From Candidatus Latescibacterota bacterium (GTDB lineage: Bacteria > Latescibacterota > UBA2968 > UBA8231), in NCBI GenBank assembly GCA_963422735.1, contig OY730476.1, positions 32,001 to 96,000 of the forward strand: a DNA stretch of 64,000 nucleotides. Direction: 5' to 3'. Numbering within the stretch: the first letter of the stretch is position 1; each line of letters starts with the position of its first letter. Positions 32,867 to 46,336 of the stretch are shown here, piece after piece. Position numbers and translations under genes: made by a program. The notes below the pieces were generated by a model. The model did not search any database. It was not told the origin of the DNA and saw only the letters and a program-made list of their open reading frames with translations.

Positions 32867-33619
32867 ATGCTGGGAAATGGCCGCGATGTGATTGTCGACG
32901 TCCAAGACGTCAAGATGGTTTACAATGCCAAAAACCGCGACGAATCGACTCATGTTCACGCGCTGCGCGGTTTGAGCGTACAGGTGTACGAAAACGAGTT
33001 TTTTGCCATTATGGGGCCTTCTGGGTCGGGGAAGAGCACGCTTTTCAACATGATTGGTGCCCTGCAGACGCCCACCGGCGGTGAAGTGCTCATCGAGAGC
33101 GTCAATCTGGCCACGCTCAATGCGCAGCAGCTCGCGGCGGTGCGCTGTTTTGAGCTGGGTTACATTTTCCAGACCTACAATCTTTTGCCGGTGATGAGTG
33201 CGCTGATGAACGTGTCGCTGCCCACCGTGTTTGCCGGCATGACCACGGCCGAGGGCGAAAGGCGGGCCATGGAATGTTTGAAGATCGTCGGCCTAGACGA
33301 GAGGGCGCACCACATCCCCTCCGAGCTGTCGGGCGGTCAGCAGCAGCGCGTAGCCATTGCCCGCGCCTTTGTCAACAAGCCGCGCATCATCCTCGCCGAC
33401 GAGCCAACGGGGAACCTCGACAGCAACACCGGTCAGGAAATCATCAACTATATGAAAAGCCTGCAAGAGGAGATGGGGACGACGATTATTACCGTGACCC
33501 ACGACGATAAAATGCTCACTGCCGCCGACCGCATGGCTTGGATCCGCGATGGGCAGTTAGAGCGAGTGGCCAACCGCGAGGACATTGATATCCACATGGG
33601 CAGCATCAGAGAGCACTGA
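32867..33619 (+). CDS. ABC transporter ATP-binding protein (LolD/MacB-like)
   Basis: [33 protein letters not shown] and VTHD. Confidence 0.92.
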   Translation: MLGNGRDVIVDVQDVKMVYNAKNRDESTHVHALRGLSVQVYENEFFAIMGPSGSGKSTLFNMIGALQTPTGGEVLIESVNLATLNAQQLAAVRCFELGYIFQTYNLLPVMSALMNVSLPTVFAGMTTAEGERRAMECLKIVGLDERAHHIPSELSGGQQQRVAIARAFVNKPRIILADEPTGNLDSNTGQEIINYMKSLQEEMGTTIITVTHDDKMLTAADRMAWIRDGQLERVANREDIDIHMGSIREH

Positions 33620-33944
33620 ATTCGGCTAGACTATAAGGCAATAATCGGCCTAATGGTCAAGGCTGAGAAAAGCGTGTCGTGCCCAATGGACCACCCGTCG
33701 CCTTAAAAGGCAAGTCCAAAGGCTATTACGACGTGTTGGAAGCGGTAGGAATACTGCGGGCTGTGCTTTCTATTGGGCTGGAAGGGTCGCTTTGAATCAG
33801 GCGTTGATGACCCCGTGCCGCTGTTGCCCCAAGCGGCGACAGCGAAATTCCTCGCACGCGTCGTGGTCATGGGCTTCCGCTGTGTGGGGCCGGTGGTTGG
33901 ACGGGAAAAGTGGCACCTGTTTGAGACCAGTGATTTTTTGTGTT

Positions 33945-34140
33945 GCCGACGCATTATTTTACTGAGGCCCTGCCCATTTCGATCATCGAGGCCATGGCGA
34001 ATGGCCTACCGGGCGATTCCGGACTTGGTCGAAGATGGCGTAAGCGGCGTGTTGGTCGAATACAATCAGCCCGAGTAGATCGCCGATGCCATTCGCCGGA
34101 TTGCGGCCGACCGTGCTCGTTAGGCGGCGATGAGCAATAC
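33945..34140 (+). pseudogene. GT4 glycosyltransferase C-terminal remnant
   Basis: EALPISIIEAMANGLP, then a shift to IPDLVEDGVSGVLV...PE*IADAIRRI. Confidence 0.65.
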
Positions 34141-34227
34141 TTTGCGATTCAGCGGCGCCCATTCCGCTTTTAGAGTGTGCCAAACGCAGACAACTCGTGC
34201 GACTCGCAGAAGGATCAACGCAACTCC

Positions 34228-35259
34228 ATGAACATTCTCGTAACCGGTGGGGCCGGCTATATTGGTAGTCATACCTGCTTGGAACTGCTCGACGCGGGAC
34301 ACCGGGTCGTCGTTGTGGACAATCTGGTCAACAGCCGGCAAGAAGCCCTGAAGAGGGTACAGGAGATCGCGGGTAAGAAGCTGGAATTCCACCCGGTTGA
34401 CTTGCTCGACAAGCCGGCCTTAGACGCGGTCTTTGCTGGTTGCAAGATAGACGCCGTGATTCATTTTGCCGGCCTCAAGGCCGTGGGAGAATCCGTGGAA
34501 GTCCCCCTGCGCTATTACCACAACAACCTCACCAGCACCCTGATCCTGTGCGAGGTAATGAATCGGCACGAAGTGAAAAACTTGGTCTTCAGCTCCTCTG
34601 CCGTGGTGTACGGGGATCCTCGCACGGTGCCGATTAAAGAGGATTTCCCCCTGTCGGCAACCAACCCCTACGGCCGCACCAAATTGATGATCGAAGAGCT
34701 CCTGCGCGATGTGCATGCGGCCTCCCCAACTTGGAATATCGCCCTGCTGCGCTACTTCAACCCGGTAGGGGCGCATGCCAGTGGCCGCATCGGGGAAGAT
34801 CCCCGAGGTACGCCCAACAATCTACTGCCCTACATCGCTCAGGTTGCGGTGGGCCGACGCCCCGAAGTGCTGGTGTTCGGCGACGATTACCCCACCTCGG
34901 ACGGCACGGGTGTGCGCGACTACATTCACGTGGTTGACCTAGCCTTGGGTCATCTCAAAGCACTGGAAAAACTCTCTGCACGACCCGGTATCGTCGCCTA
35001 CAACCTCGGCACCGGACGCGGATTTAGCGTCTTGGAAATGATCGAGGCGTTTGCCCGGGCCTCGGGCCGGAAGGTGCCTTATATAGTGGTCGGTCGGCGC
35101 TCCGGAGACATCGCCGAGTGTTACGCGGACCCGTCTCTTGCCCGCGAGGAGTTGGGCTGGTCCGCCGAGCGCGGTCCCGACGAGATGTGCGTGGATGCTT
35201 GGCACTGGCAGGCCAATAATCCGAATGGGTATTCCCGAAGCGCAAGAACCGGTTTTTGA
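34228..35259 (+). CDS. galE: UDP-glucose 4-epimerase
   Basis: [35 protein letters not shown] and [10 protein letters not shown]. Confidence 0.96.
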   Translation: MNILVTGGAGYIGSHTCLELLDAGHRVVVVDNLVNSRQEALKRVQEIAGKKLEFHPVDLLDKPALDAVFAGCKIDAVIHFAGLKAVGESVEVPLRYYHNNLTSTLILCEVMNRHEVKNLVFSSSAVVYGDPRTVPIKEDFPLSATNPYGRTKLMIEELLRDVHAASPTWNIALLRYFNPVGAHASGRIGEDPRGTPNNLLPYIAQVAVGRRPEVLVFGDDYPTSDGTGVRDYIHVVDLALGHLKALEKLSARPGIVAYNLGTGRGFSVLEMIEAFARASGRKVPYIVVGRRSGDIAECYADPSLAREELGWSAERGPDEMCVDAWHWQANNPNGYSRSARTGF

Positions 35260-35339
35260 TACCACTCGCTCAGGACCTGCTCGCCCGGTTCGCCAGCGGT
35301 CTGGCCCAGACCGAGATAACGCGGTACTGTCAGTGGCCC

Positions 35340-35580
35340 GGAGCTACAGCCGACGTTGGTCAACGTTGCATTCCGGCGGCTATCCCGGCGATTCACCATG
35401 CTGGCCATCGCGCTGGCGGTAGTAACCTACGGGCTGCTGCTCATACTGCACCGGCCGATCATCCGCATTGCGTTAGGGTCGGAATTCGAGGATGCCGCCG
35501 GCCCCTTGTTGATTCTGATTATAGGCGGCTTCATCTGGATGAGCACAGCCGTGCTGTTGACCCTGCCGGCTAGCGACGGC
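35340..35580 (+). pseudogene. Polysaccharide flippase-like fragment
   Basis: Hydrophobic fragment PIIRIALGSEFEDAAGPLLILIIG. Confidence 0.4.
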
Positions 35581-35665
35581 GCGTGCGCTACCCCGTGGCC
35601 TTTGCAGGACTTGGCGCACCAGTGGGGCGATGCGCCAAGTCTATCTGCACATTTCTTAATTCGAT

Positions 35666-36740
35666 TTAGAAGAGCAACAACTGGTTCAGAGGCAGGGCAA
35701 TAGCGCGGGAAGACAAAACCTTGGGGGCCGGACACGGACAGGCGACCACCCCGAAGGGTGCGGCCTCATAGGTATCGAGAAAAGCGTTCAATCCGGCCAA
35801 ATCCCTGCTCGACGACCTTGGCGTGGCCTTCACTTCCACGGGTATGAGCCGGCGGCCGGTTTCGATGACAAAATCCACTTCGCGGCCGTTGGCAGAGTGC
35901 GTTATATTGAGCCTCGGTACGTGCAGACCCGCCCAGGCCAGCAGGTGGTTTCCCACCCAACTCTCTAGCCAAAAGCCCCATTCCCGCCCTCTCACCAAGC
36001 GGTCCGAGTCGACTAGGCCGGCCAAATGAGCCGCCAGTCCGGTATCGGTCCACAGCAGTTTAGGTGCTTTAACCAAGCGTTTGCCGCGATTGACGGTATA
36101 GGCGGGCACCCGGGGCACTTGAAAAGAAATCTCCAATAGATTGATATAGCCGCGGTGGCCGCTGCGAGGCCAGCATCTCCAGCGAGGGACGCTGTGTTGA
36201 GCAAACGGCCGTTCTGGACCGCGCACAACTGCATGAGCCGAGTTGGTCAATGGCCGACAATTGGCGTAGATCGCGCTCCAGATACGTCTGCACGTATCCG
36301 TCGAACCAGCGCGCCCGAAACCCTGCATCCGCGGCTAAGGCCGGGCCAGCTCACACCGCCTCTTGCAAGGACCTGTCGTCCGCTGGAACGCTAGACGGCA
36401 AGGTGCGCACGACTTGGTCAATGGTCTCTTTCTCGATGAGAAGGTCCAGAGTTCGGCCGTACCCACACTCCTCAACCTCGGCCCAAGTCAGCGGCGGCAA
36501 AGAAAAATAGACCGCCCGCTCAGCCGTTAAGGTGAGGCGGTCCCAGCCTATGAACAGGGCCGCCGGATCGCTCTGGGCCATATCGCGTACATCAAAGTCG
36601 TCGAGGGAAAGGAAGGTGCGCCCTTGAACCAAGGTGGTTTTGCCGGTCTGACGGCCCCATGCACGACGACGGGATATTGAGTCAGGACTTGGGCCAGTAA
36701 AGGGCTTTGTAGGCGGGGTTCTATTTTATGCAAATTGACC
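35666..36740 (-). pseudogene. AAA ATPase-DUF4143 family pseudogene
   Basis: GARQTGKTT, TYLERDLRQL, KRLVKAPKL.WTDTGL and EVDFVIE...PVEVK are spread over several frames. Confidence 0.8.
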
Positions 36741-36994
36741 ATGCCTGAACGATAATCAATCAAGGATCAGATCGTCAATAACGAGAAACGGGCCGGGAGG
36801 GGGATAGTAGGGCGAGGACAAAAAGGACGCGACGAATCATGGCGATTCTCCTTTGGATGGGGAACGAGGGCTTAAAACAATGCCTCGACTTTTAACATGG
36901 AAACGCGCCCCAATGCTTTGTTGCCACCTCCATCTATTATAAAGCTATCCGAGCGCTGCTGAACATAGCCGTTGGGGCACCAAAATCAAATCGG

Positions 36995-37519
36995 CTAGGG
37001 CCGAGGCGCGGCGTTGCGCATGCGGATGAAGGAAAATCGCATAGTGGATTGCAACACTGCGTCGCGCAGGGGCCACAGGGAAGGGGTGATGCGGAGCTCT
37101 ATGTCGCGGGCGGACAAGCTGGCGAGAATGTCGTCGATGGTTTCCACCGCACGGGGCGTCACCCCTTGGCGGGAGATATAGTATCCAGCGCCTTTGTCCA
37201 CCGGTTGGAAGGTTTCATTGGGCAGGGCATAGATGTAGAGGCACCCGGTGCGTAAAGCCTGCAGCCAGGCTGTCTCAATGGCCACCACGTGGCGGGCGGT
37301 TGCAATGCCTAAAAAGCGCTCGGCGTCCTCGGCACTAGTCTGGAGGCCGGCGTAGAAGGTGACCCGGGGACAGTCGCGCGGCACCAAGTAGTTGTGCAGC
37401 AGGCGCTGGCCCACGGCCCAGACCATACGGCCGGTACAGGTGGTATTGCCTGGGGGCGGGGTTCGCGGCTCAAAGCGGGTGATGCCGGGCCGGTCGCTGA
37501 CGTGAAACAGCTCTTCCAT
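36995..37519 (-). CDS. Conserved hypothetical protein (DUF6886-like)
   Basis: LFHVSD.PGITRFEPR...VWAV...YLVPRDCPRV...FSFIRMRNA. Confidence 0.6.
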   Translation of the reverse strand: MEELFHVSDRPGITRFEPRTPPPGNTTCTGRMVWAVGQRLLHNYLVPRDCPRVTFYAGLQTSAEDAERFLGIATARHVVAIETAWLQALRTGCLYIYALPNETFQPVDKGAGYYISRQGVTPRAVETIDDILASLSARDIELRITPSLWPLRDAVLQSTMRFSFIRMRNAAPRP

Positions 37520-37576
37520 GGGACTTAAGACCTAAGAGGATTCTTGCCGCAAGACGGCGAAGGCAGACCCCTGTGG

Positions 37577-38485
37577 TCAAGAACTGGATTGCCGCTTCCG
37601 CAAGCCCTCTTGGAGAAAGACCTCGCGGTTGGGAAAGTTGCCGGGCAGGGTAAAGCCGCCGTCAACGGCGATGAGCTGGCCGGTCATGTAGGGAATCTGG
37701 GTGAAGGCGTAGGCGGCGAAGGCGATGTCCTCAGGGCGTCCGATGCGGCGAATGGGTTGGGAACCCCCTGCGGCCATCAGACCGTAGATCTCGGCCACGG
37801 TGAATTCGCGGCCCGATTGTGGATCTTCCACGCCCGAGGGACGGCTCGTCAGCGGCGTATCGACAACCCCAGGGCGCAGGGCGTTGACCGTGATGTTGTA
37901 CGGCCCGCCGTCGAAGGCCGCCCCCGCGACCACGTGATTGAGGCCGGCCTTGCTGACGCCGTAGGGAATGCGGGTGCTCTCGGGGGCGATATCCGAGATG
38001 GAGGTAATCAAGAGGATGCTGCGGTGGAGGAAATCCGCTTCTTGCGCGGCCTGTTCCACCATGTGTTTGAGGGCGCGTTGGGCCAGCCGGTAGGCCCCCA
38101 TGAGGTTGAGGCTGAGGACGCGGTCCATCTCCTTGTCGAGGTGATCGACCGGGGTTTCGCTGAAGCGATAGCGTACGAGCTGGCCCTGTTCGTCGGCGAC
38201 GTAGTTGGCCACGCCGCTGTTGCTGACCGCCACGTCGAGGCGACCGAAATGCGCGAAGGTGCGGTCAACTAGGTCGAAAGGGGCCTCTGGCTGCGAGAGA
38301 TCGGCCCCGAGGACTAGGGCTTCGACTGAGTACTCGGCGCGAATGGCCGCGGCGATCTGGGCGGCGCGCTCCTCGCCGGCGTTGTAGTGGACCACCACAT
38401 CGTAGCCTTGGGCGGCGAATTGACGGACGATGGCCGCGCCAATCCCGCTCGAGGATCCCGTGACCAAGCAAGCCGGACGCGACAA
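37577..38485 (-). CDS. SDR-family oxidoreductase
   Basis: VTGSSSGIG, YGVSK, VNALRPG and VDGG; TTG start after GAGG. Confidence 0.88.
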   Translation of the reverse strand: MSRPACLVTGSSSGIGAAIVRQFAAQGYDVVVHYNAGEERAAQIAAAIRAEYSVEALVLGADLSQPEAPFDLVDRTFAHFGRLDVAVSNSGVANYVADEQGQLVRYRFSETPVDHLDKEMDRVLSLNLMGAYRLAQRALKHMVEQAAQEADFLHRSILLITSISDIAPESTRIPYGVSKAGLNHVVAGAAFDGGPYNITVNALRPGVVDTPLTSRPSGVEDPQSGREFTVAEIYGLMAAGGSQPIRRIGRPEDIAFAAYAFTQIPYMTGQLIAVDGGFTLPGNFPNREVFLQEGLRKRQSSS

Positions 38486-38489
38486 AAGC

Positions 38490-39473
38490 CTAACCTCGCT
38501 GTGAGAGAACGGTCTCGACGATGCGCTCTTGGCTGGGGATGGTCGGCATCTCGAGGGCTGGGCTGAAGGGGATGGGCACGTCGGCCGCGCCGAGGCGCAA
38601 GACGGGTGCGTCGAGCCAATCGAATGCCTCGGCGTTGAGGATGGAAGCGATCTCGGCCGTGATGCCGTAGCGCTCGACGCCCTCATCAATCACCACAGCA
38701 TAGCCAGTTTTGCGCACCGAGGCGAGCAGGGCTTCTCTGTCTAAAGGCACTAGGGTGCGCGGATCGACGACCTCGGCTTCTAGGCCTTGGGCGGCAAGGT
38801 CTTCCGCGGCAGCCAAGGCGACGCCGACCATGCTAGAGGTGGCGACGAGGGTCAGGTCAGTGCCGGCGCGTTTGATCTCGGCTGCGCCAAAGGGAATGAG
38901 GAAGTCTTCTTCTTCGGGAACGGGACCGGAGTCGTTGTACATCATCTTGTCTTCAAAGAAAAGCACGGGATTGTCATCGCGGATCGCGGTCTTGAGCAGG
39001 CCCTTGGCGTCGCGCGGAGTAGCAGGGATGGCGACTTTGAGGCCGGGAATATGGGCGAAAAGCGCGTGCAAGCTCTGCGAGTGTTGCGCGGCTGACGACC
39101 GCCCGGCTCCCATCGACAGCCGGATCGTCAGCGGCACCTTGCACTGACCGCCCGACATGTAGCGGATTTTAGCAGCCTGATTGACGATCTGATCCATGGT
39201 CAACAGCGAAAAGTCGCCGAACATAAGTTCGCACAGCGGGCGCATGCCGGTCATGGCGGCACCGACGCCGAGACCGATGTAGCCCGCCTCGGCAATGGGG
39301 GTGTCGATGACGCGCTCAGTGCCGAACTCCTCAAAGAGGCCTTCGCAGCATTTGAAGATGCCGCCAGAGGCCCCCACATCCTCGCCCATGACAAAGACGG
39401 TTTCGTCGCGGCGCATTTCCTCGGCCGTGGCCAAGCCGATCGCCTCTCTAAACAGCATGTCCCGATCAGGCAT
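38490..39473 (-). CDS. TPP-dependent 2-oxoacid/acetoin dehydrogenase E1 beta
   Basis: GEDVG, DTPIAE, AAQHSQ and DPRTLVPLD. Confidence 0.92.
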   Translation of the reverse strand: MPDRDMLFREAIGLATAEEMRRDETVFVMGEDVGASGGIFKCCEGLFEEFGTERVIDTPIAEAGYIGLGVGAAMTGMRPLCELMFGDFSLLTMDQIVNQAAKIRYMSGGQCKVPLTIRLSMGAGRSSAAQHSQSLHALFAHIPGLKVAIPATPRDAKGLLKTAIRDDNPVLFFEDKMMYNDSGPVPEEEDFLIPFGAAEIKRAGTDLTLVATSSMVGVALAAAEDLAAQGLEAEVVDPRTLVPLDREALLASVRKTGYAVVIDEGVERYGITAEIASILNAEAFDWLDAPVLRLGAADVPIPFSPALEMPTIPSQERIVETVLSQRG

Positions 39474-40476
39474 ATATATCCTCAAAAGCTTGTTCTGGCG
39501 GGGGAAAGGCGGCTTCTTTGCCGAATTCGATGGCGTCGAGGACCTCGCGCTCTGCTTGCTCGTACAGGGCGTCGAGTTCGGCTTGTTTGGCGACCCTGTT
39601 GGCGACCATGTATTGGCCCAACAGGCGAATGGGATCCTTGTTCTCTGACCACCAGCCGACCTCATCGCGGGTGCGGTAGGTCTGGGCGTCGCCGACGTGG
39701 TGCCCGTGGTAGCGGTAGGTTTTAGCTTCGATTAGGCTCGGGCCGTCGCCCTTGCGCGCCTTGACCACTGCTGAGGTTACTTTTTCGTACATCTCTAGCA
39801 CATCAGCACCGTCGGCGATAACCCCTTCGAGGCCAAGACCCTTGGCGCGGTCGGCGATGTCGGTGACACCAGTGACGCTCTCGTAGGGGGTGTGCTCGCC
39901 GTACTGGTTGTTTTCGCAGATGTAGATGACCGGCAGGTTCCAGATCACGGCCATGTTAATTGTTTCGAGCATGATGCCTTGGTTGGCCGCGCCGTCGCCG
40001 AAGAAGCAGACGCCCGCTTGATCGGTGCCGCGCAGCTTGGCCGAGAGGCCGGCACCAGTGCAGATGCCGAAGCCGCCACCGACAATGCCGTTGGCACCGA
40101 GGATACCCACCGACATATCGGCGATGTGCATGGACCCGCCCTTGCCGCGGCAATAGCCGGCCTCCTTGCCCATGATTTCGGCCATCATGCGGTCGAGTTG
40201 ACCTCCTTTGGCTAGACAATGTCCGTGGCCGCGGTGCGTGCTGGTAATGTAGTCGTCGTCGCGGAGGGCCGCGCAAGTTCCTACTGCCACGCCTTCCTCG
40301 CCGATGTAGAGATGGGCTAGGCCGGGCATTAGCCCTCGGGTATAGACGTCCCAGACGTGCTCTTCAAAGAGGCGTATCTCCGACATTTTGCGGTACATAA
40401 ACCACAGTTTGTCGGGCGTGGCGCGGAGCTTGGCTTTCTTTGCTTTAGATTTTTTTCGGGCAGTTATCTTTGCCAT
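39466..40476 (-). CDS. TPP-dependent 2-oxoacid/acetoin dehydrogenase E1 alpha
   Basis: THRGHGH, GKGGSMH, GDGAANQG...ENN and TYRYHGH. Confidence 0.92.
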   Translation of the reverse strand: MAKITARKKSKAKKAKLRATPDKLWFMYRKMSEIRLFEEHVWDVYTRGLMPGLAHLYIGEEGVAVGTCAALRDDDYITSTHRGHGHCLAKGGQLDRMMAEIMGKEAGYCRGKGGSMHIADMSVGILGANGIVGGGFGICTGAGLSAKLRGTDQAGVCFFGDGAANQGIMLETINMAVIWNLPVIYICENNQYGEHTPYESVTGVTDIADRAKGLGLEGVIADGADVLEMYEKVTSAVVKARKGDGPSLIEAKTYRYHGHHVGDAQTYRTRDEVGWWSENKDPIRLLGQYMVANRVAKQAELDALYEQAEREVLDAIEFGKEAAFPPPEQAFEDIYA

Positions 40477-40539
40477 ATACTCGATCTCCGGCAATGTTCG
40501 TGAAAAAAAATAAGCGGGGTGGGTCCGATATCGTCAAGC

Positions 40540-40582
40540 GCGAAAAAGCCGGGAAACCCGTGGGGCGTCCCGGCTTTTTCGC
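40540..40582. terminator. Rho-independent terminator after the ferredoxin gene
   Basis: GCGAAAAAGCCGGGA...TCCCGGCTTTTTCGC. Confidence 0.75.
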
Positions 40583-40598
40583 ACAAAGGGCGGGCGTC

Positions 40599-40913
40599 CT
40601 AGCTGGTTTTTCCAAATTCGGCCGCGTGTTCCTGCTTCCACTGGTCCCATTCTTCGGTGTCGTCGCGAAGCTCAAAGTACTTGGTGTTGATCTCGACGAA
40701 GCGGCTTTGGTCCTCGGGCATGTCTTCTTCGGCGAAGATCGCCTCGACCGGGCACTCCGGCTCGCAGGCACCGCAATCGATGCACTCGTCCGGGTCGATG
40801 TAGAGCATGGGTTCGCCTTCGCCGTCAATTGGATGGATGCAGTCCACGGGGCAAACCTCAACGCAGGCTTTGTCTTTGACGTCGATGCAGGTTTCGGTGA
40901 TGTAGTAAGCCAT
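40599..40913 (-). CDS. Dicluster (7Fe-type) ferredoxin
   Basis: CIDVKDKACVEVCPVDCI and CIDCGACEPECP. Confidence 0.92.
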   Translation of the reverse strand: MAYYITETCIDVKDKACVEVCPVDCIHPIDGEGEPMLYIDPDECIDCGACEPECPVEAIFAEEDMPEDQSRFVEINTKYFELRDDTEEWDQWKQEHAAEFGKTS

Positions 40914-40996
40914 GGGTTCCTCCTAATAAGGTGCTACTGCTTCATTGCTTCTTTGCGTTGGGAACTATCGCAAAAATACGGGCCTCTTTGCCTCTG

Positions 40997-41575
40997 TCAA
41001 GCGGCGAGATTGTCTAGCCGGGTCGCCGTGTCGGCGTCGGTTTGGCAGCGTATTCTCAGGTTGAGACGCAACTGAGGGGATGGGTCGCGCTCCACTGCGT
41101 ACTCGGTGCCGGCGAAGAGTTGGGCGAGTACCGGGCCGAGGGCGGCCCGCAGGGCGTTTTCGCCTGCTTCGTCGTTGGTTGCGTTGAGACGGTCGTTGGC
41201 TACTAGAAGTACATCGCCGCTGCGAAATTTAACTTTGCCCGCTAGGCTGGGCTCTTCTTCGAGGCGTCGACAGGCTGTGAGCGCCGCTTTGAAGGCACTA
41301 GCAAGCCGCTTAGTCAAGTCGCCGTCTGCGGGTTGTTTGCGCGAGTAGAGCAAACCCAACTCGGCGCTGTGGTTATCGAGGCTGTAGTTGGCTTCGTGGC
41401 CGACGAGCAGGGTCAGCGGTCCCTCGGCCACGTGGCTGTAGTCGGCCACGTCGATGAGGACTTCGTCTGGAGTCGTGGGGATCCAGCTATTGAAGATGCG
41501 AAAAGCCTCTTGGGCCGATAGGGACTCGGGTGCTTCGAGATAGAATTTGACGTTGATGCGCTGTAGGGCTTCCAT
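40997..41575 (-). CDS. Hypothetical protein in the reductase operon
   Basis: ORF between the reductase and the ferredoxin; IDVADYSHV.EGP..LLVGHEA. Confidence 0.7.
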   Translation of the reverse strand: MEALQRINVKFYLEAPESLSAQEAFRIFNSWIPTTPDEVLIDVADYSHVAEGPLTLLVGHEANYSLDNHSAELGLLYSRKQPADGDLTKRLASAFKAALTACRRLEEEPSLAGKVKFRSGDVLLVANDRLNATNDEAGENALRAALGPVLAQLFAGTEYAVERDPSPQLRLNLRIRCQTDADTATRLDNLAA

Positions 41576-41581
41576 GGGGAC

Positions 41582-43858
<2,277 letters not shown>

Positions 43859-43969
43859 TTGACCTTACTAACTGAATGTTACGCAGTTTGCCGCAAAACG
43901 TGCGGTTGCGCCTCGCCTCCTCCCAATGCGTAACGTCAGTTACTAACATTAGGGATTTGCAAGAGACTG

Positions 43970-44812
43970 TCAAGATGAGTCGTCCGCTAGTTTTTCTCGC
44001 ATATAAGCACGGATTTGCGCCCCCCATTCTGGGTCGTCGAGCGCGTAGGCGATAAAGCTCAAAAAATAAGATAGGTGGTTGCCAATGTCCCAGCGCTGCT
44101 CGCCCGTGCCCAAGCGCACGGCGCGCACCGGAGCACTGGCCGCGATTAGGGCGGCAATCGCGTCGGTGAGATATATCTCACCGCTCGGAGAGGGCACAGT
44201 GGCGCGGATGTGGAAAAAAATGGCCGGAGAAAACACGTAGCGCGCACTAACGGCCAAGCGGCTAGAGGTTTGCTCGGGCGTTGGTTTTTCGAGGATGGCA
44301 GTCAGCTTGGAATCTGCGGCCGTCGCCGCTTTGGGTACCAAGATGCCGTAGTGGTGCATCTGCTCTTCGGGCACCTCGTACGCACCGATGGTGCAGGCGG
44401 CGCGATGGCGCAGGTGCGAGTCGATCATCCGCTGCAACAGGGGGCGGCCGCTGCTCGTGTTCACGATGCTGTCGCCAAAGGCCACGACAAATGGCTCGCC
44501 CGCAGCAAAAGCCTCCCCAGCGGCGACCGCAGTACCGGTGCCAGGGGGCTGGGATTGGCGCACGGAGAAAAACTCGATGCCGCGCTCGCGGTAGCCCATC
44601 GCGCTGTCGTCGAAGTAGTCCTCAATCGCGCTCTTGGTGCGCCCGGTGACGAAGAGAATTTGGCGGATGCCGGCGGCGACTAGCTCTTCGACGACGTGGT
44701 GGACGACCGGTAGGCGGCCCACCGGCAGCATTTCCTTGGGCAAGGATTTGGTCGTGGGCAGGAGTCGGGTGCCTAGGCCGGCTACCGGCACGATGGCTTT
44801 GGCGATGTTCAT
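43970..44812 (-). CDS. galU: UTP-glucose-1-phosphate uridylyltransferase-like
   Basis: PVAGLGTRLLPTTK..PKEMLP, EKP and GEIYLTDA. Confidence 0.8.
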   Translation of the reverse strand: MNIAKAIVPVAGLGTRLLPTTKSLPKEMLPVGRLPVVHHVVEELVAAGIRQILFVTGRTKSAIEDYFDDSAMGYRERGIEFFSVRQSQPPGTGTAVAAGEAFAAGEPFVVAFGDSIVNTSSGRPLLQRMIDSHLRHRAACTIGAYEVPEEQMHHYGILVPKAATAADSKLTAILEKPTPEQTSSRLAVSARYVFSPAIFFHIRATVPSPSGEIYLTDAIAALIAASAPVRAVRLGTGEQRWDIGNHLSYFLSFIAYALDDPEWGAQIRAYMREKLADDSS

Positions 44813-44853
44813 TGAATAGGCTCTCGCAAAAAATATGGTTGTGCTGCGGGTGT

Positions 44854-44882
44854 TTGACAAGCAGTAGTCGGCGCGATATTAT
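44854..44882 (+). promoter_or_regulatory. Putative sigma70 promoter
   Basis: TTGACA-17 nt-TATTAT, followed by an AGGAG RBS. Confidence 0.7.
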
Positions 44883-44915
44883 GGGCGATCTACCAGCAAA
44901 ATAGGAGTTGTTTCC

Positions 44916-46331
44916 ATGAGTGAGGCGCGATGTTATCCAACGCTCAGCGAGGACATGCGGGCGCGCGGTCTGGGGGCTATGCTGCGCATTTTTGGTCCGG
45001 GTGCCATCATCGCCTCGGTGACGATTGGCAGCGGCGAGACGGTATTCGCCTCGCGGGGTGGAGCGGTATTCGGCTATGCCCTGCTGTGGTGCTTTATCGG
45101 CGGTGGATTGATGAAGTTCGTCCAAGTCTATACGGCGGCGCGTTATATGACTTTAACGGGGGAACATCCGCTCGAACGCTGGAAGTTTTTGCCTGGGCCG
45201 CAGGGCTGGGTGGTGTGGGTTATGACGGTGCTGACCGTGCTTTGCTTTCCGCTGTGGCTGTCGGGTTTGCCCAAGATGCTCGGCGGGCTGACGGTGTGGA
45301 TCTTGGGCTGTGAGGGGCTGGCTATATGGGGCGATCCCCGCGTGTGGGGCACGGCCTTTGTCGCCTTGGCCATTGCTATTACTATGGTACAGAGCTATGG
45401 CGCGCTGGAGAAATTTCAGACTGTGGTCGTCGGCGTCCTGCTGCTCTCGGTCTTGACGGCCGCTGCTGCCGCGCAGCCCGACTGGCTGGCGGTGTTGATA
45501 GGGTCTGTCGTGCCGACTATGCCCGCGTATGATGCTTGGCTGATTAGCAAGTATCCGGCGGTGGCGGCGCGCTCGGCTTGGGTGGAATTGGGCACCTACC
45601 TAGGTGCGATCGGCGGCGGCACTCAGGACTACTTTGGCTACATCGGTATGTTGCGGGAGAAGGCTTGGGGCCTGTTGGGCCGCAAAGTGGAGGCCGCCGA
45701 GGAAGGAGTGGCCATCGAGTCTGACGATGAAAATATCGCCCGGGGCCGAGCTTGGCTGCGGGGTCCATTGGTGGACTCAGGGGTCTCCTTTGTTTGCGTA
45801 GTGATTTTTACCATGGCTTTTGTGGTGCTCGGCGCGGCCGTGCTTCGCCCCCAGCATATCGTGCCGGAGGGGATGCAGCTACTGTCGGTGCAGGCTGATT
45901 TCCTCACGCTCCTGCACCCGGCCTTGGTCTATCTGTATCAATTAGGCGTGTTCACCGCGTTTTTTGGCACTATCATGGCCGCGTACGAGCTCTATACGCG
46001 CACCACCTACGAGTGCTTACGGCCCATCGTCCGGCGGATGCGCGAGGTACCCGTTGCCCGGTTGCGGCCGTGGGTGGTAGCCTACTGCGGCGTTGGCGGC
46101 GTTGCCATTATGTGGATGGGTGGCAACCCGGTGGTGATCGTGACGCCAGCGGCGATTTTCGGTGGGGTTCTCACCTGCGGTCTGTGGTGCTTGCTGATGG
46201 TGTGGACCGACCACCGCTTCCTGCCAGCACCGCTGCGCATGGGGTGGCCGCTGCGGGTGCTCAATTTGGTCAGCGGCCTCTTCCTCACGGGCTGGGGCCT
46301 CCGCAGTGCCTTCGACTTCTTCACGGGTTGA
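44916..46331 (+). CDS. NRAMP-like (APC superfamily) transporter
   Basis: GPGAIIASVTIGSGE...GAVFGYALLW and many transmembrane segments. Confidence 0.8.
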   Translation: MSEARCYPTLSEDMRARGLGAMLRIFGPGAIIASVTIGSGETVFASRGGAVFGYALLWCFIGGGLMKFVQVYTAARYMTLTGEHPLERWKFLPGPQGWVVWVMTVLTVLCFPLWLSGLPKMLGGLTVWILGCEGLAIWGDPRVWGTAFVALAIAITMVQSYGALEKFQTVVVGVLLLSVLTAAAAAQPDWLAVLIGSVVPTMPAYDAWLISKYPAVAARSAWVELGTYLGAIGGGTQDYFGYIGMLREKAWGLLGRKVEAAEEGVAIESDDENIARGRAWLRGPLVDSGVSFVCVVIFTMAFVVLGAAVLRPQHIVPEGMQLLSVQADFLTLLHPALVYLYQLGVFTAFFGTIMAAYELYTRTTYECLRPIVRRMREVPVARLRPWVVAYCGVGGVAIMWMGGNPVVIVTPAAIFGGVLTCGLWCLLMVWTDHRFLPAPLRMGWPLRVLNLVSGLFLTGWGLRSAFDFFTG

Positions 46332-46336
46332 ACGGC

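Noticed and set aside
33680-33900. Possible transposase remnant
   Set aside because: No convincing DDE motif or terminal repeats in any frame.
46013-46336. N-terminal extension of the 486-aa ORF overlapping the transporter
   Set aside because: Low-complexity off-frame translation; the real start is more likely GTG 46337.
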